Assembly: GCA_019352035.1 (NCBI GenBank)
Contig: JABBNZ010000009.1
Coordinates: 3,989 to 67,988, forward strand
Origin: Pseudomonadota bacterium
GTDB lineage: Bacteria > Pseudomonadota > Gammaproteobacteria > Steroidobacterales > Steroidobacteraceae
Direction: 5' to 3'
Length of the DNA stretch: 64,000 nucleotides
Part shown: positions 46,165 through 55,972 of the stretch, in pieces
Position numbering within the stretch: the first letter of the stretch is position 1
How the letters are laid out: every line of letters begins with the position of its first letter
The notes under the pieces: model-generated
Told to the model about the DNA's origin: nothing
Databases searched by the model: none
What the model saw: the letters and a program-made list of their open reading frames with translations, nothing else
Position numbers and translations under genes: made by a program

Positions 46165-46294
46165 AAGCGACTATATAGTATCAGCTCTTATCATATCATG
46201 TGATAGCACTGTTCGCCCCCGGGCAGCGGCTCGCCTGTAGAATCCGCTGCACGATCGGCCCCCCCACCCGCAAGCACGAAAGGCGCAATCCTCG

Positions 46295-47947
46295 ATGTTC
46301 GCTCGCTGGATGTCCTCTTCAGTCCCCTCTTGCCGCCGCGGGTGGCCCGCCGCGGCATGCGCCGGGTTTCTCGTCTTTTCGTCGCTGGCCTCGGCCGCGG
46401 CCGCCGCGTCTTCGGCCGCCACGGGCCCGGCGCCGGAGCCCTTCGTTCCGACGCCCGCGCAGCTATTCGGTCCGCTTTTCGTGCGCGTGCAGATGGATGC
46501 GTTGTTCAAGGACGAGAAGGCGTTCCCCGATGCGGCGCCCAAAGCCGCGCCGAGCGTCATCCTGCGCCGCTATCGCGCGGCCCACCCGCGCTCGCGTGCC
46601 GCGCTCCTGCGGTTCGTGCAGCGCAACTTCTCCCTTCCCCTGCCTGCGAAAACGCCCCCCGCCCTGCCCGAGAAGAGCCTGAGGGCGCACATTGCGAGAC
46701 TCTGGCCGCTGCTGACACGTCAGCCGGCGGTCCCCCCCCCGTATTCGTCGCTCCTCTACGTGCCAAAGCCCTATGTGGTCCCCGGCGGCCGTTTCCGGGA
46801 GTTCTACTACTGGGACTCCTACTTCAGCATGCTCGGGCTGATCCCCGATGGGCATCTCGCCACGGCGCGCGACCTCGTCGACGATTTCTCCTACATGCTG
46901 CGCGAGTACGGGCACATTCCCAACGGGTCCCGCACGTACTACCTGTCGCGCTCGCAGCCTCCGGTCTACTACCTGATGGTGGGCCTCCTCTCCCGCAATC
47001 CGGCGAGCGCATGGTCGCAGCACCTGGCCGACCTGGAGCGTGAGTACGAGTACTGGATGCAAGACTCGGCGGGGCTGCGCCCGGGACAGGCGCGACGCAA
47101 CGTCGTCGAGATGCCCGACGGCGCCATTCTCAACCGTTACTGGTCCGCCTCGGACACGCCGCGCGATGAGTCCTACCGCGAGGACGTCCTGCTCGCGCGC
47201 GCCTCCGGCCGGCGCCCGGCTCAGGTGTATCGAGATGTCCGTGCCGCAGCCGAGAGCGGCTGGGATTTCAGCTCCCGCTGGCTCGCGGACGGCCGCCATC
47301 TCACCACGATCCGCACGACCGACATCGTGCCGGTCGATCTCAACAGCCTCCTCTATGGGCTGGAACGGGCAATCTCCCGCGGCTGCGGCGCGCGTCACGA
47401 ACTGGCCTGCGAGCGAGATTTCGCCGCGCGCGCCCGCCGCCGCCGCCAGGCGATGGATCGCTACCTCTGGAGCGCCAAGGCCGGATATTTCACGGACTAC
47501 GACTGGCGCGATCACCGGCGCAATCCGGAGCTCAGCGCGGCGACCCTGTATCCGCTCTTCACCGGCGTCGCCGACTTGCGCCAGGCCGATGCCGTTGCCG
47601 CGGTCACGAAAGCGCGGCTGCTCAAGGAAGGCGGCCTCGTCACGACCAACATCGATTCCGGACAACAGTGGGATGCTCCCAACGGCTGGGCACCGCTGCA
47701 GTGGATCGCCGTCATCGGGCTGCGCCGCTATCATCACCCGGCGCTCGCTCGCGAGATCGCCGGCCGCTGGCTCGCAACCGTTCAACGGGTTTTCGCCAAC
47801 ACCGGCAAGCTGGTCGAGAAATATGACGTCGAGCACATCCTTCCCGGCGGCGGCGGGGAGTACCCTCTGCAGGACGGTTTCGGCTGGACGAACGGCGTGA
47901 CCCGTGCGCTGCTCGGGCTCTACCCGCGCCTCAGTCGCCACCCGTGA
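46295..47947 (+). CDS. treA: Periplasmic alpha,alpha-trehalase (GH37)
   Basis: It has a signal peptide, the GH37 signatures PGGRFREFYYWDSYF and QWDAPNGWAPLQW, and DEKAFPD. Confidence 0.92.
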   Translation: MFARWMSSSVPSCRRGWPAAACAGFLVFSSLASAAAAASSAATGPAPEPFVPTPAQLFGPLFVRVQMDALFKDEKAFPDAAPKAAPSVILRRYRAAHPRSRAALLRFVQRNFSLPLPAKTPPALPEKSLRAHIARLWPLLTRQPAVPPPYSSLLYVPKPYVVPGGRFREFYYWDSYFSMLGLIPDGHLATARDLVDDFSYMLREYGHIPNGSRTYYLSRSQPPVYYLMVGLLSRNPASAWSQHLADLEREYEYWMQDSAGLRPGQARRNVVEMPDGAILNRYWSASDTPRDESYREDVLLARASGRRPAQVYRDVRAAAESGWDFSSRWLADGRHLTTIRTTDIVPVDLNSLLYGLERAISRGCGARHELACERDFAARARRRRQAMDRYLWSAKAGYFTDYDWRDHRRNPELSAATLYPLFTGVADLRQADAVAAVTKARLLKEGGLVTTNIDSGQQWDAPNGWAPLQWIAVIGLRRYHHPALAREIAGRWLATVQRVFANTGKLVEKYDVEHILPGGGGEYPLQDGFGWTNGVTRALLGLYPRLSRHP

Positions 47948-48040
47948 ATGACCGCAACCTGGAGCTTCGGGGCCGCCGGGAAGCGAGGCGCGCCCCGGGG
48001 CGGGTAGGCGGCCGGCTCCCGCAGGCGTAAACTCCATCTC

Positions 48041-48307
48041 ATGGCAACGGGTTGGGCAGGCGACGGCGCCGTACAAGATCAGATCGATGCGACCGTGACC
48101 GACGGCATTCAGCGCGCGAAGAGCCGCCTGCCGCAGGGGCCCGGCCTCACGCATTGCGCGGACTGCGGCGCGGCGATCCCCGAAGCGCGGCGCACGGCCA
48201 TTCCCGGCGTGCGCCTGTGCATTGCGTGCCAGGATGCGGCCGATCGCGATGTCGCGCGGTTCAGCGGCTACAACCGCCGCGGCAGCAAAGACAGCCAGCT
48301 CCGCTGA
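48041..48307 (+). CDS. DksA/TraR-family C4 zinc-finger protein
   Basis: CADCGAAIPEARRTAIPGVRLCIACQ is a four-Cys zinc finger. Confidence 0.82.
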   Translation: MATGWAGDGAVQDQIDATVTDGIQRAKSRLPQGPGLTHCADCGAAIPEARRTAIPGVRLCIACQDAADRDVARFSGYNRRGSKDSQLR

Positions 48308-48338
48308 GCGCGGGCCGCGCGTCTAAAACTCCTATCCT

Positions 48339-50174
48339 GTGCCCCTGATCGCGCTCCTCGACGCCAGGCTTGCGCTCGGCGACCACCCGCTGCTCGACGG
48401 CGCCCGGCTCGCCCTGCAGCCCGGCGAGCGCCTCGGCCTGATCGGCCGCAACGGCACCGGGAAATCGACGCTGCTGCGGATCATCGCCGGCCAAGGCTCT
48501 CTGGACGAGGGCGAGCGGCAGGTGCGCGAGGGACTGCATATCACGCTGGTCGAGCAGGAGCCCGAGCTTGCGCAGGCGCCTACCCTGCGCGAGAGCCTGC
48601 TCGAGCGCGCGCGAATCCTCGCGAGCGCGCCGGCACGCGCCGCCCTGCTCGGTGATGAGCGCGAGCGCTGGAGCTTCGAGACGCGCCTCACGCAGTTCCT
48701 GCACCGTTTCGAGCTGGATCCTGACACGGCTCCGGCGACGGCCTCGGGCGGTGAGCGCAAGCGCGCGGCCCTCGCTCTTGCCCTCGCGATGAAGCCGGAG
48801 CTCCTCCTGCTCGATGAGCCCACCAATCACCTCGACATTGCCGCCATCGAGCGCCTGGAAGAGCTGCTGCTCAAGGTACCGGCCGCGGTCGTGATCACCC
48901 ACGATCGGGCCTTTCTCGACCGCATCACCACGCGGATCGTGGAGCTCGACCGGGGCGTTCTTCGCTCGTACCCCGGCAACTTCGCGGCGTACGAGGCGCG
49001 GCGGGAGCAGGAGCTGGCCGCGGAAGACCTGGCGGGCCGCAGGTTCGACAAATTCTGGGCGCAGGAGGAAGTCTGGATCCGCAAGGGCGTCGAGGCCCGC
49101 CGGACGCGCAACGAAGGCCGGGTACAGCGCCTGGAGCGGCTGCGGCTGGAACGGGCCGCCAGGCGCGAGCGGCTCGGCACGATGAAGATGAGTCTGGATG
49201 CGGGTCAGCGCTCAGGTCAGCTCGTTGCGGAGCTGACAGACGTCGGCAAGAGCTTCGGCGGACGGCCGTTGGTATCGCACCTGTCGATGCGCATCCTGCG
49301 CGGCGATCGCATCGGACTCATCGGCCCCAACGGCGCGGGCAAGACCACCCTCATCCGCCTGATTCTCGGCCAGTTGCCGCCCGATGAGGGCAGCGTGCGG
49401 CTCGGCACGAATCTCGAGATCGCCTACTTCGACCAGCTCCGGGAGCAGCTCGACCCGCAGGCCACGGTCGCCGACATGATCAGCCCGGGATCGGAGTGGG
49501 TGACGGTCGCCGGCGAGCGCAGGCACGTCATGAGCTATCTCGGCGACTTCCTCTTTGGCGCGCAGCGGGCGCGCTCTCCCGTCAAGATGCTCTCCGGCGG
49601 CGAGCGCAACCGGCTGCTCCTCGCGCGGCTCTTCGCCCGGCCCGCCAATCTGCTCGTGCTCGATGAGCCCACCAACGATCTCGACATCGAGTCCCTCGAG
49701 CTGCTCGAGCAGCGCCTGCAGGACTATACCGGCACGCTGCTGCTCGTGAGCCACGACCGCCGCTTTCTCGACGACGTCGTGACGCAGACGCTCGCCGCCG
49801 AAGGTGGCGGGACGTGGCGCGAGCACGTGGGCGGCTACAGCGATTGGTTGCGAAGCACCGTGGCAGCCGCGGAAAACTCCGGCAACACGACGCGGGAGGC
49901 GGCAACCCGGGCAGCGCCGGTTCAGTCCAAGCCGCGCACGCGCCTCGGCCACAAGGAGCAACGGGAGCTGGCCTCGCTGCCCGGCGAGATCGAGACGCTC
50001 GAGCAGGAGCAGGCGGCGATCACAGCGCGCATGAGCGCGCCGGACTATCACCAGCAAGGCGCGCTGAAGATCCGAGCCGACCGGCAGCGGATCGAGGAGA
50101 TCGAGGCCGTGCTGCTCACGAAGTTCGAGCGCTGGGAGGCGCTGGAAGCCGAGCGCAGCCGCCTCACCCGGTAA
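48339..50174 (+). CDS. uup: ABC-F family ATPase (Uup-like)
   Basis: It has two ABC cassettes (GRNGTGKST, GPNGAGKTT, LSGGER x2) with no TM domain and a C-terminal coiled coil. The N-terminus parallels E. coli Uup. Confidence 0.9.
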   Translation: MPLIALLDARLALGDHPLLDGARLALQPGERLGLIGRNGTGKSTLLRIIAGQGSLDEGERQVREGLHITLVEQEPELAQAPTLRESLLERARILASAPARAALLGDERERWSFETRLTQFLHRFELDPDTAPATASGGERKRAALALALAMKPELLLLDEPTNHLDIAAIERLEELLLKVPAAVVITHDRAFLDRITTRIVELDRGVLRSYPGNFAAYEARREQELAAEDLAGRRFDKFWAQEEVWIRKGVEARRTRNEGRVQRLERLRLERAARRERLGTMKMSLDAGQRSGQLVAELTDVGKSFGGRPLVSHLSMRILRGDRIGLIGPNGAGKTTLIRLILGQLPPDEGSVRLGTNLEIAYFDQLREQLDPQATVADMISPGSEWVTVAGERRHVMSYLGDFLFGAQRARSPVKMLSGGERNRLLLARLFARPANLLVLDEPTNDLDIESLELLEQRLQDYTGTLLLVSHDRRFLDDVVTQTLAAEGGGTWREHVGGYSDWLRSTVAAAENSGNTTREAATRAAPVQSKPRTRLGHKEQRELASLPGEIETLEQEQAAITARMSAPDYHQQGALKIRADRQRIEEIEAVLLTKFERWEALEAERSRLTR

Positions 50175-50216
50175 TCGGGCGGTGATGTCGGGAAGCGGGC
50201 CGCGGGGACCGGCGTC

Positions 50217-50993
50217 TCAAGGGCGCCGCGCGATGAGCGCCACCAGACTCGCGATTTCCGTGAGCTCGCCGAGGGCGGCGAGCGCGCCGCGCAAATCGGC
50301 CTCGAAGGCGCCGAGTCTCGGCCCCAGCTTCTCGGGCGAGCAGGTGGACATCGAGAGCGCCCTGCCGAGGAGCTCATCCGCCGATATCGGCTTGCGGATG
50401 ACGATACTGATCGCCTCGAGCTCGTTGAAGGACGAGGCGAGCAGCAGCGACTCATGCGAGCGGTAGTCGGCCGCTTTACGCTCGGAGATTACCGACTCGT
50501 CGCCGCGGCCGTATCGGTTGGCAACATCGTGCAGCACGTCGGCCCAACGGTTCTCGGCCGTCTTCGGATGCTCGTCGTGAAAGAGCGCGATCGCACCGCC
50601 CGGCGCGATGATGGCGTCGAGCCGCATCAGAGTCGCGGCCCGATCCATCCAGTGAAACGATCGGCCCATCGTGACCAGTCGGTAGGGCCCCATGCCGGGC
50701 GTCAGGTCGTCCGAGCCACCGCCCCACAACGTCAGCTTCACACCCGCGGCTCGGGCCGCCTCCTCCGCCGCCGCGAGCATGGTGGGCTCCGGATCGGCGG
50801 CAGTCACCCGCATGCCCGCGGCCGCGAACGGCATTGCGAGAAGCCCCGGGCCCGTGCCGAGATCCAGCAGCGAATCGCCCTCTCTCATTCCCGTCAGCTC
50901 GATCACGCGCTCGATCAGGCGCGGGGGATACCCCAGGCGGTAACGGGTGTAGAAAGGGACGGTGCTTTGAAATCGGCTGGCGTGGCAGCTCAT
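50217..50993 (-). CDS. Class I SAM-dependent methyltransferase
   Basis: It has motif I LLDLGTGPGLLAMPFA. The start is at MSCHASRF (ATG 50993). Confidence 0.8.
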   Translation of the reverse strand: MSCHASRFQSTVPFYTRYRLGYPPRLIERVIELTGMREGDSLLDLGTGPGLLAMPFAAAGMRVTAADPEPTMLAAAEEAARAAGVKLTLWGGGSDDLTPGMGPYRLVTMGRSFHWMDRAATLMRLDAIIAPGGAIALFHDEHPKTAENRWADVLHDVANRYGRGDESVISERKAADYRSHESLLLASSFNELEAISIVIRKPISADELLGRALSMSTCSPEKLGPRLGAFEADLRGALAALGELTEIASLVALIARRP

Positions 50994-51068
50994 GGCGACA
51001 TTCTCCCATGTTTGTGCAGGGCGGGGCCGAATCGCTAAGATGGCACGGTATGGCGAGCAGCCCCGCCG

Positions 51069-51692
51069 ATGAACGACCCTGAGCTCGTGAAGCCTCATTC
51101 CGATGCATGCAAGCGCAATCAGGGCCCGATACTCGAGGTGCTGCGGGATCACTTCGCGGATCGGCGGCACGTGCTCGAAATCGGCAGCGGCACGGGTCAA
51201 CATGCGGTGCATTTCGCCGCCGCCCTGTCCTGGCTCTCCTGGCAGACATCCGACGTGGACGGCAATCTTCCCGGGATCCGGTCATGGATCGAGGAATCGG
51301 GCCTCCCCAATCTCCCGCCGCCGATCGCGCTCGATGTGACAGGTCCGTGGCCCACGGCGCGCTTCGATGCCGCCTTTACCGCGAACACGCTGCACATCAT
51401 GGGCTGGCCCGAGGTGCAGGCGTTGTTCGCTGCGATTGCGCAAGTGCTCGCCCCGGATGCCGTTCTCGCCGTGTACGGGCCTTTCAACTACGACGGCCGC
51501 TTCACCAGCCCGAGCAACGCCGCGTTCGACGATTGGCTCAAGCAGCGATCCCCTCGAAGCGGAATCCGTGACTTTGCCGCCATCGACCAGCTCGCCCGCT
51601 CGATCGGCTTCATCCTCGTGGAGGACCGCCCGATGCCGGCGAACAATCGCACTTTGGTCTGGCGGCGCACCGCGGTAAAAGGACGGGTATAG
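51069..51692 (+). CDS. DUF938-family (methyltransferase-fold) protein
   Basis: Contains RNQGPILEVL, VLEIGSGTGQHAVHFA, ANTLHIM and YGPFNYDGRFTSPSNAAFD. Confidence 0.8.
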   Translation: MNDPELVKPHSDACKRNQGPILEVLRDHFADRRHVLEIGSGTGQHAVHFAAALSWLSWQTSDVDGNLPGIRSWIEESGLPNLPPPIALDVTGPWPTARFDAAFTANTLHIMGWPEVQALFAAIAQVLAPDAVLAVYGPFNYDGRFTSPSNAAFDDWLKQRSPRSGIRDFAAIDQLARSIGFILVEDRPMPANNRTLVWRRTAVKGRV

Positions 51693-51739
51693 TCGGGATG
51701 CGCGCGCGGTAAGCGCAGACGGTACCCGGGGAGAACGCC

Positions 51740-52126
51740 ATGCGATTGCTGGGGAATATCCTCTGGCTGTTTTTTGGGGGACTCGCCACCGGGATCGGCT
51801 GGTGGGTGGCGGGCTTGGTGGCTGCCCTCACCATCATCGGCATTCCCTTCGCCATAGCGGCCTTTCGCATCGGCACTTTCTCCTTCCTGCCCTTCGGACG
51901 GGAGATCGTGGACCGGCCGGAGCGCGGCGAGGGACGCAAGCTCCTCATCCTGATCGGCAACATCGTCTGGATCGTACTGGGCGGCATATGGCTCGCGTTG
52001 GCGCACCTCTTTTTCGCCCTGGTGCTCGCCATCACCGTCATCGGCATACCCTTCGCCGTCCAACACCTGAAGCTGGCCCACCTTTCTCTCACCCCGTACG
52101 GCAAGATGATCGTCGTGCGGCCGTAG
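51740..52126 (+). CDS. yccF: YccF-family inner-membrane protein
   Basis: Contains LGNILWLFFGGL...TIIGIPFA and a duplicated YccF motif. Confidence 0.85.
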   Translation: MRLLGNILWLFFGGLATGIGWWVAGLVAALTIIGIPFAIAAFRIGTFSFLPFGREIVDRPERGEGRKLLILIGNIVWIVLGGIWLALAHLFFALVLAITVIGIPFAVQHLKLAHLSLTPYGKMIVVRP

Positions 52127-52148
52127 CAACGCGGCCAGTCCGCCGGAT

Positions 52149-52739
52149 TCAGTGACCGCCCTGAACCAGCAGACCGGCATCCCTCAGCGCGGCGGCGAGA
52201 CCCGCCTCGATCTGCGCGGCCTGCGGTCGGCAGATGTGCTGCAGGTGCATCACGGGGCCGGTGAGCACTTCGAGACCGCGCTTGAGGACGCTGCCGGAGG
52301 CACGGATACCGGCCTTGTGCTGATCGAAGCGCTGCGCCGGCGTGTAATCGCTCATGCCCACATACACGCCGAACGGCCCCCCTCTACGGTCGCGATAGTC
52401 GAGAAGCACCAGATAGAGGTTCGACCGGCCCTTGCGCGAGGCTTCAAAGCGAGCGGCGATCTCGTAGGCGGTCGCAAGCCAGTCGACATAGGTCATCGGA
52501 AGCCACTCCGGAATGGAGCTCGCCGCGCGATTCCAGAGCCTGTCGAGAGCTGAATCGAAGTCGATCCCGAGCTCGGCGCGCATCCACAGCTCGTGGATGC
52601 AATGCGCTCCGGCCGGTCCGTCCCCCTCGCCCAGCGCGGCCTGCAGACGGTCTCGAAGCTCGATACTGCGCAACGCCCGCAGAGGTCGGGTCGCGGGCGG
52701 CGCCCGCATCCAGTTGGAGGAGCCTGGGTGCAATCGCAT
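52149..52739 (-). CDS. Hypothetical protein, possible GIY-YIG-like C-terminal core
   Basis: LYLVLL...FGVYVGMSDYTPAQRFDQHKAG resembles a GIY-YIG first motif plus the conserved Arg and His. The start is uncertain. Confidence 0.4.
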   Translation of the reverse strand: MRLHPGSSNWMRAPPATRPLRALRSIELRDRLQAALGEGDGPAGAHCIHELWMRAELGIDFDSALDRLWNRAASSIPEWLPMTYVDWLATAYEIAARFEASRKGRSNLYLVLLDYRDRRGGPFGVYVGMSDYTPAQRFDQHKAGIRASGSVLKRGLEVLTGPVMHLQHICRPQAAQIEAGLAAALRDAGLLVQGGH

Positions 52740-53086
52740 CTGTGACGCTCTTCGCCGCGGGTGGGCCGATCCCGGGGGACGCGGCGCCGCGCCGCTCCGA
52801 CCCGGTTACCAGCCGCCGTCGATGGTCGCGCGCGTCTGCGCTACGGCGACACGCCGGATCGCAGGCATTTCCTCATCCGATCTGCCATAGCGGCCGCCGA
52901 AGTTGCCATCGCCGATGCACTCCCGGACGGCGGTGGGGTCCTGCAAGGCGCGCAGGCGCGAGAAGTCCATCATCGGCTTCTGATGAGCCGCGGTTCATGT
53001 CCGGCGATTTTCATGGCTGGCGCTCGTGTATGGAAATGGCCGGTCCCGGCAGTTAGTCTGCGGTCCCGGTATCCCGGGGTGTCACC

Positions 53087-53424
53087 ATGATAGCCGATCA
53101 CGCCAAGACCGAGCGCCACCCGAATGAGCTCCTGATCACCGCATGGAATTTTTTCGATGGTGTCACCACCCGTGCCTGCGCGCGCGTCATCGTCATGGAA
53201 GGTTGGTTCCCTGCTACGCAATGCCCGCGTACTCCAGGGACGGAAGCGTCCTCTGCTTCTTCCAAAGCTCCTGGAAATTCAAGACAAGATACTCGACGCT
53301 GGGCTTCAGCGATGAGGCCAACCTCGACGACGGGCGCATATGGCCGACCGCCTTCGCGCTGAAGGAGGTCACGGACGCCGAAGAGGCGAGGATCGTCGCC
53401 CTCATCAGGAAAGCCGTGAGCTGA
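53087..53424 (+). pseudogene. DUF1801/YdhG-like protein, probably frameshifted or N-terminally truncated
   Basis: The C-terminal 67 aa ([67 protein letters not shown]) match the family. The upstream part (..NELLITA..) is in another frame. Confidence 0.5.
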
Positions 53425-53431
53425 GCGTCCC

Positions 53432-53797
53432 CTACGCTCCCGGTATCGGCAGCACGGGCATGATCTCGACGGCATCGCCCGGAAAAGTAGCGAAGTGCGG
53501 GTGCTTCTCGAACAGCCTGGCGGCGGCTTCGTGCGAGTCCGCGCGCACGATCGTGAAGGCGGCCATGTGATTGCCGGTGTCTTCGATTCCTCGTTGCGTG
53601 ACCTTCTTCGTCTTCCCCAAGGGTCCTCCCATTCCGAGGATGGAGGCCTGATGCTTCTCGACCCAGGCTTTCCACGCCACCATGCCCTCACGCTCCTTCG
53701 CGCGGCGCTCGGACTCGGGAAGGGCATCCCACTGCGCTCGCCGGGGACTGGTCTTACTGCCCAGGAACACCGCGAGATAGGTATCGTTCGCGCTCAT
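53432..53797 (-). CDS. Hypothetical small soluble protein (ferredoxin-like/YCII-like fold suspected)
   Basis: AGGAG lies 8 nt before ATG 53797. It is 121 aa (YLAVFLGS...FTIVRADSHEAAARLFEKHPHF). I cannot name the family with confidence. Confidence 0.55.
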   Translation of the reverse strand: MSANDTYLAVFLGSKTSPRRAQWDALPESERRAKEREGMVAWKAWVEKHQASILGMGGPLGKTKKVTQRGIEDTGNHMAAFTIVRADSHEAAARLFEKHPHFATFPGDAVEIMPVLPIPGA

Positions 53798-53973
53798 CTG
53801 CAAGTCTCCTGTCTGCAATTGCGGCCGAGCGGCTGCCCGGCCTCATATTACCGGCCGAACGGGAAGGCCGCGGATCGACAGCCGCGCGCAGTGCGTCGCT
53901 TTCCCGGCGGAACCACGGCCGCGCTCTCGCTCCTATAATGCCCCTCTCTGCCACCATTCGAGCCCGAGGCCCC

Positions 53974-55500
53974 ATGACCCGTCAACGCCCCGATCCGCGC
54001 GAGACGCCGCCCACCGCAGGGCGCAACCTGGGATTCGTCGCCCTGTTTCTGGTCGAGATGTGGGAACGGTTCGGCTATTACGGCATGACCGCCGTGGTGG
54101 TGCTCTTCATGGTGCAGAAGCTGGGATATTCGGACGACCGGGCCAATCTCACCTTCGGCGCCTTCGCAGCCATGGCCTACGCGGTTCCGGCGCTCGGCGG
54201 TTGGATCGGCGACCGCGTGCTCGGCAGCCGCCGCACCGCGTTTTTGGGCGCCATCATGCTGGCGGCGGGTTATGGCATGCTCGCCCTCCCCTACGCCTCG
54301 ATCCTGTTTCCGGCGCTGGGCGTGATCGCCGTCGGCGGCGGCATCTTCAAGGCCAACCCCGCCAATTTGATCTCCAAGCTCTATGAAGGGGACACCGCCA
54401 GGATCGACAGCGCCTTCACGATGTACTACATGGCGGTCAACGTCGGCTCGACGCTCTCGCAGCTCGCCACGCCTCTCATCGCACTCTGGATCGGCTGGCA
54501 CGTCGCATTCGCCGTGTGCGCGGCCGGTCTCCTCATCGGCATCCTGAATTTCCTGGCGATGCGCCGTTATCTGGCGCACGTCGGATCCGAGCCCGATTTC
54601 GAGCCGTTCCCGCTCAGGAAAGGGATCGCGGTCGTGGCGGGCGCGCTGGCCGCCATGGCCATGGTCGCCGCCATCATTCAGCACCTGGCCGTGGCGCGCG
54701 CCACTGTCTGGCTGGCGTTCGCCGCGCTGGTGGCGATCTTCGGTTACCTGATCTGGAAGGGCAGCCCGCAGGAGCGCAAGGGGCTGTGGGCGATCATCAT
54801 TCTCACCGCGGAAACGATGCTCTTCTTCATTTTCTATCAACAGATGTCCACGTCCCTCACCCTGTTCGCCCTGCGCAACGTGGACCTCCATCTGGACATT
54901 CTCGGATTGCACTATTCCGTTCCCGCCGGGCAGGTGCAGGCTCTGGACCCCCTGTGGATTTTCGTCCTGAGCCCCATCCTGGCCTGGTACTACAACCGCT
55001 TGAGCCGCGGCCGGGGCGACTTCCACATCGCCTCGAAATTCGCCATCGGATTCGTGGTGTTGAGTGTTGGATTCTTCGTCTACGGGGCGAGCGGGCTGTT
55101 TGCGGTCAACGGCAAAGTCGGCTTCGGCTGGATGATCGCGGGCTATGGCCTGCAGTCCCTGGGAGAGTTGCTCATCAGCGGCCTCGGGCTCGCCATGGTC
55201 GCTCGTTACGTGGGCCCTCGCCTGCGCGGGTTCATCATGGGATCGTGGTTTCTCGCGACGGGCATCTCGCAGTACATGGGCGGTTTCGTGGCCACCTATG
55301 CCGCCGTGCCGCAACACGACACGGATCCGGTGAAGACCCTCCCGCTCTACACCCACCTCTTCTGTGGACTCGGCGTCGTGGCGGTGATCGGCGCGCTGCT
55401 GGCAACCGCGGTCATCCCCCTCATGAAGCGCTTGTCCGCGAATGAGACGGGCGCGGCCCTGCCCGCAGGCATTCCCGGCACGATTCGCGCCGAGGAATAG
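53974..55500 (+). CDS. POT/PTR2-family proton-dependent oligopeptide transporter
   Basis: It has the FLVEMWERFGYYGM signature and GGWIGDRVLG. ATG 53974 (GAGG 5 nt upstream) is preferred because ATG 53938 lies inside a perfect TATAAT at 53934-53939. Confidence 0.88.
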   Translation: MTRQRPDPRETPPTAGRNLGFVALFLVEMWERFGYYGMTAVVVLFMVQKLGYSDDRANLTFGAFAAMAYAVPALGGWIGDRVLGSRRTAFLGAIMLAAGYGMLALPYASILFPALGVIAVGGGIFKANPANLISKLYEGDTARIDSAFTMYYMAVNVGSTLSQLATPLIALWIGWHVAFAVCAAGLLIGILNFLAMRRYLAHVGSEPDFEPFPLRKGIAVVAGALAAMAMVAAIIQHLAVARATVWLAFAALVAIFGYLIWKGSPQERKGLWAIIILTAETMLFFIFYQQMSTSLTLFALRNVDLHLDILGLHYSVPAGQVQALDPLWIFVLSPILAWYYNRLSRGRGDFHIASKFAIGFVVLSVGFFVYGASGLFAVNGKVGFGWMIAGYGLQSLGELLISGLGLAMVARYVGPRLRGFIMGSWFLATGISQYMGGFVATYAAVPQHDTDPVKTLPLYTHLFCGLGVVAVIGALLATAVIPLMKRLSANETGAALPAGIPGTIRAEE

Positions 55501-55581
55501 CCGCGCATTGCCCGCTCAAAACAGCGAGCCGCCCGTGAGCTCGGCGAGCGTGCCCGTGAAGAAGATGCGGCTCATGGCCTT

Positions 55582-55968
55582 CTACCGCGCCGCTTGCGCC
55601 CTGGAATCCCGCCGCAGACTGACGGCGGTCCAGACCGCCGCAGCGCCGTCGATGACGCCGAACACGATGAGGATGGGCGGCGCCATGTGCAACGCCACGA
55701 AGAGGCCGAGCACGATGGGGACGAGAAGCCTCACGTGCACGGACCATTGGAAGAGCGCGACGCTCTCGGTGCGAGACGCCATCAAATCATAATAGCCGAG
55801 AATCAGCGCCAGCATTCCAACGATCCGGATCCAAACCTCTCGCGTCAGCGGAAAACCAAACACGCTCAGAAGCAGATTCGGATCCAGAATGAGCGTGAGG
55901 CCGAGGGCGAACATGTAGAGGGAGAACACTCGCAAGCTCGTGGCCGCTCTGCTCATGGAGCCCCTCAA
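55582..55968 (-). CDS. Hypothetical four-TM membrane protein
   Basis: 128-aa ORF with four hydrophobic segments. I recognise no family. Confidence 0.5.
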   Translation of the reverse strand: MRGSMSRAATSLRVFSLYMFALGLTLILDPNLLLSVFGFPLTREVWIRIVGMLALILGYYDLMASRTESVALFQWSVHVRLLVPIVLGLFVALHMAPPILIVFGVIDGAAAVWTAVSLRRDSRAQAAR

Positions 55969-55972
55969 TCTG

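Noticed and set aside
52806-52973. A 55-codon minus-strand ORF (MMDFSRLRALQDPTAVRECIGDGNFGGRYGRSDEEMPAIRRVAVAQTRATIDGGW).
   Set aside because: It has no SD, and I recognise no family. It may be a remnant of a longer decayed gene, so it is not supported as a feature.
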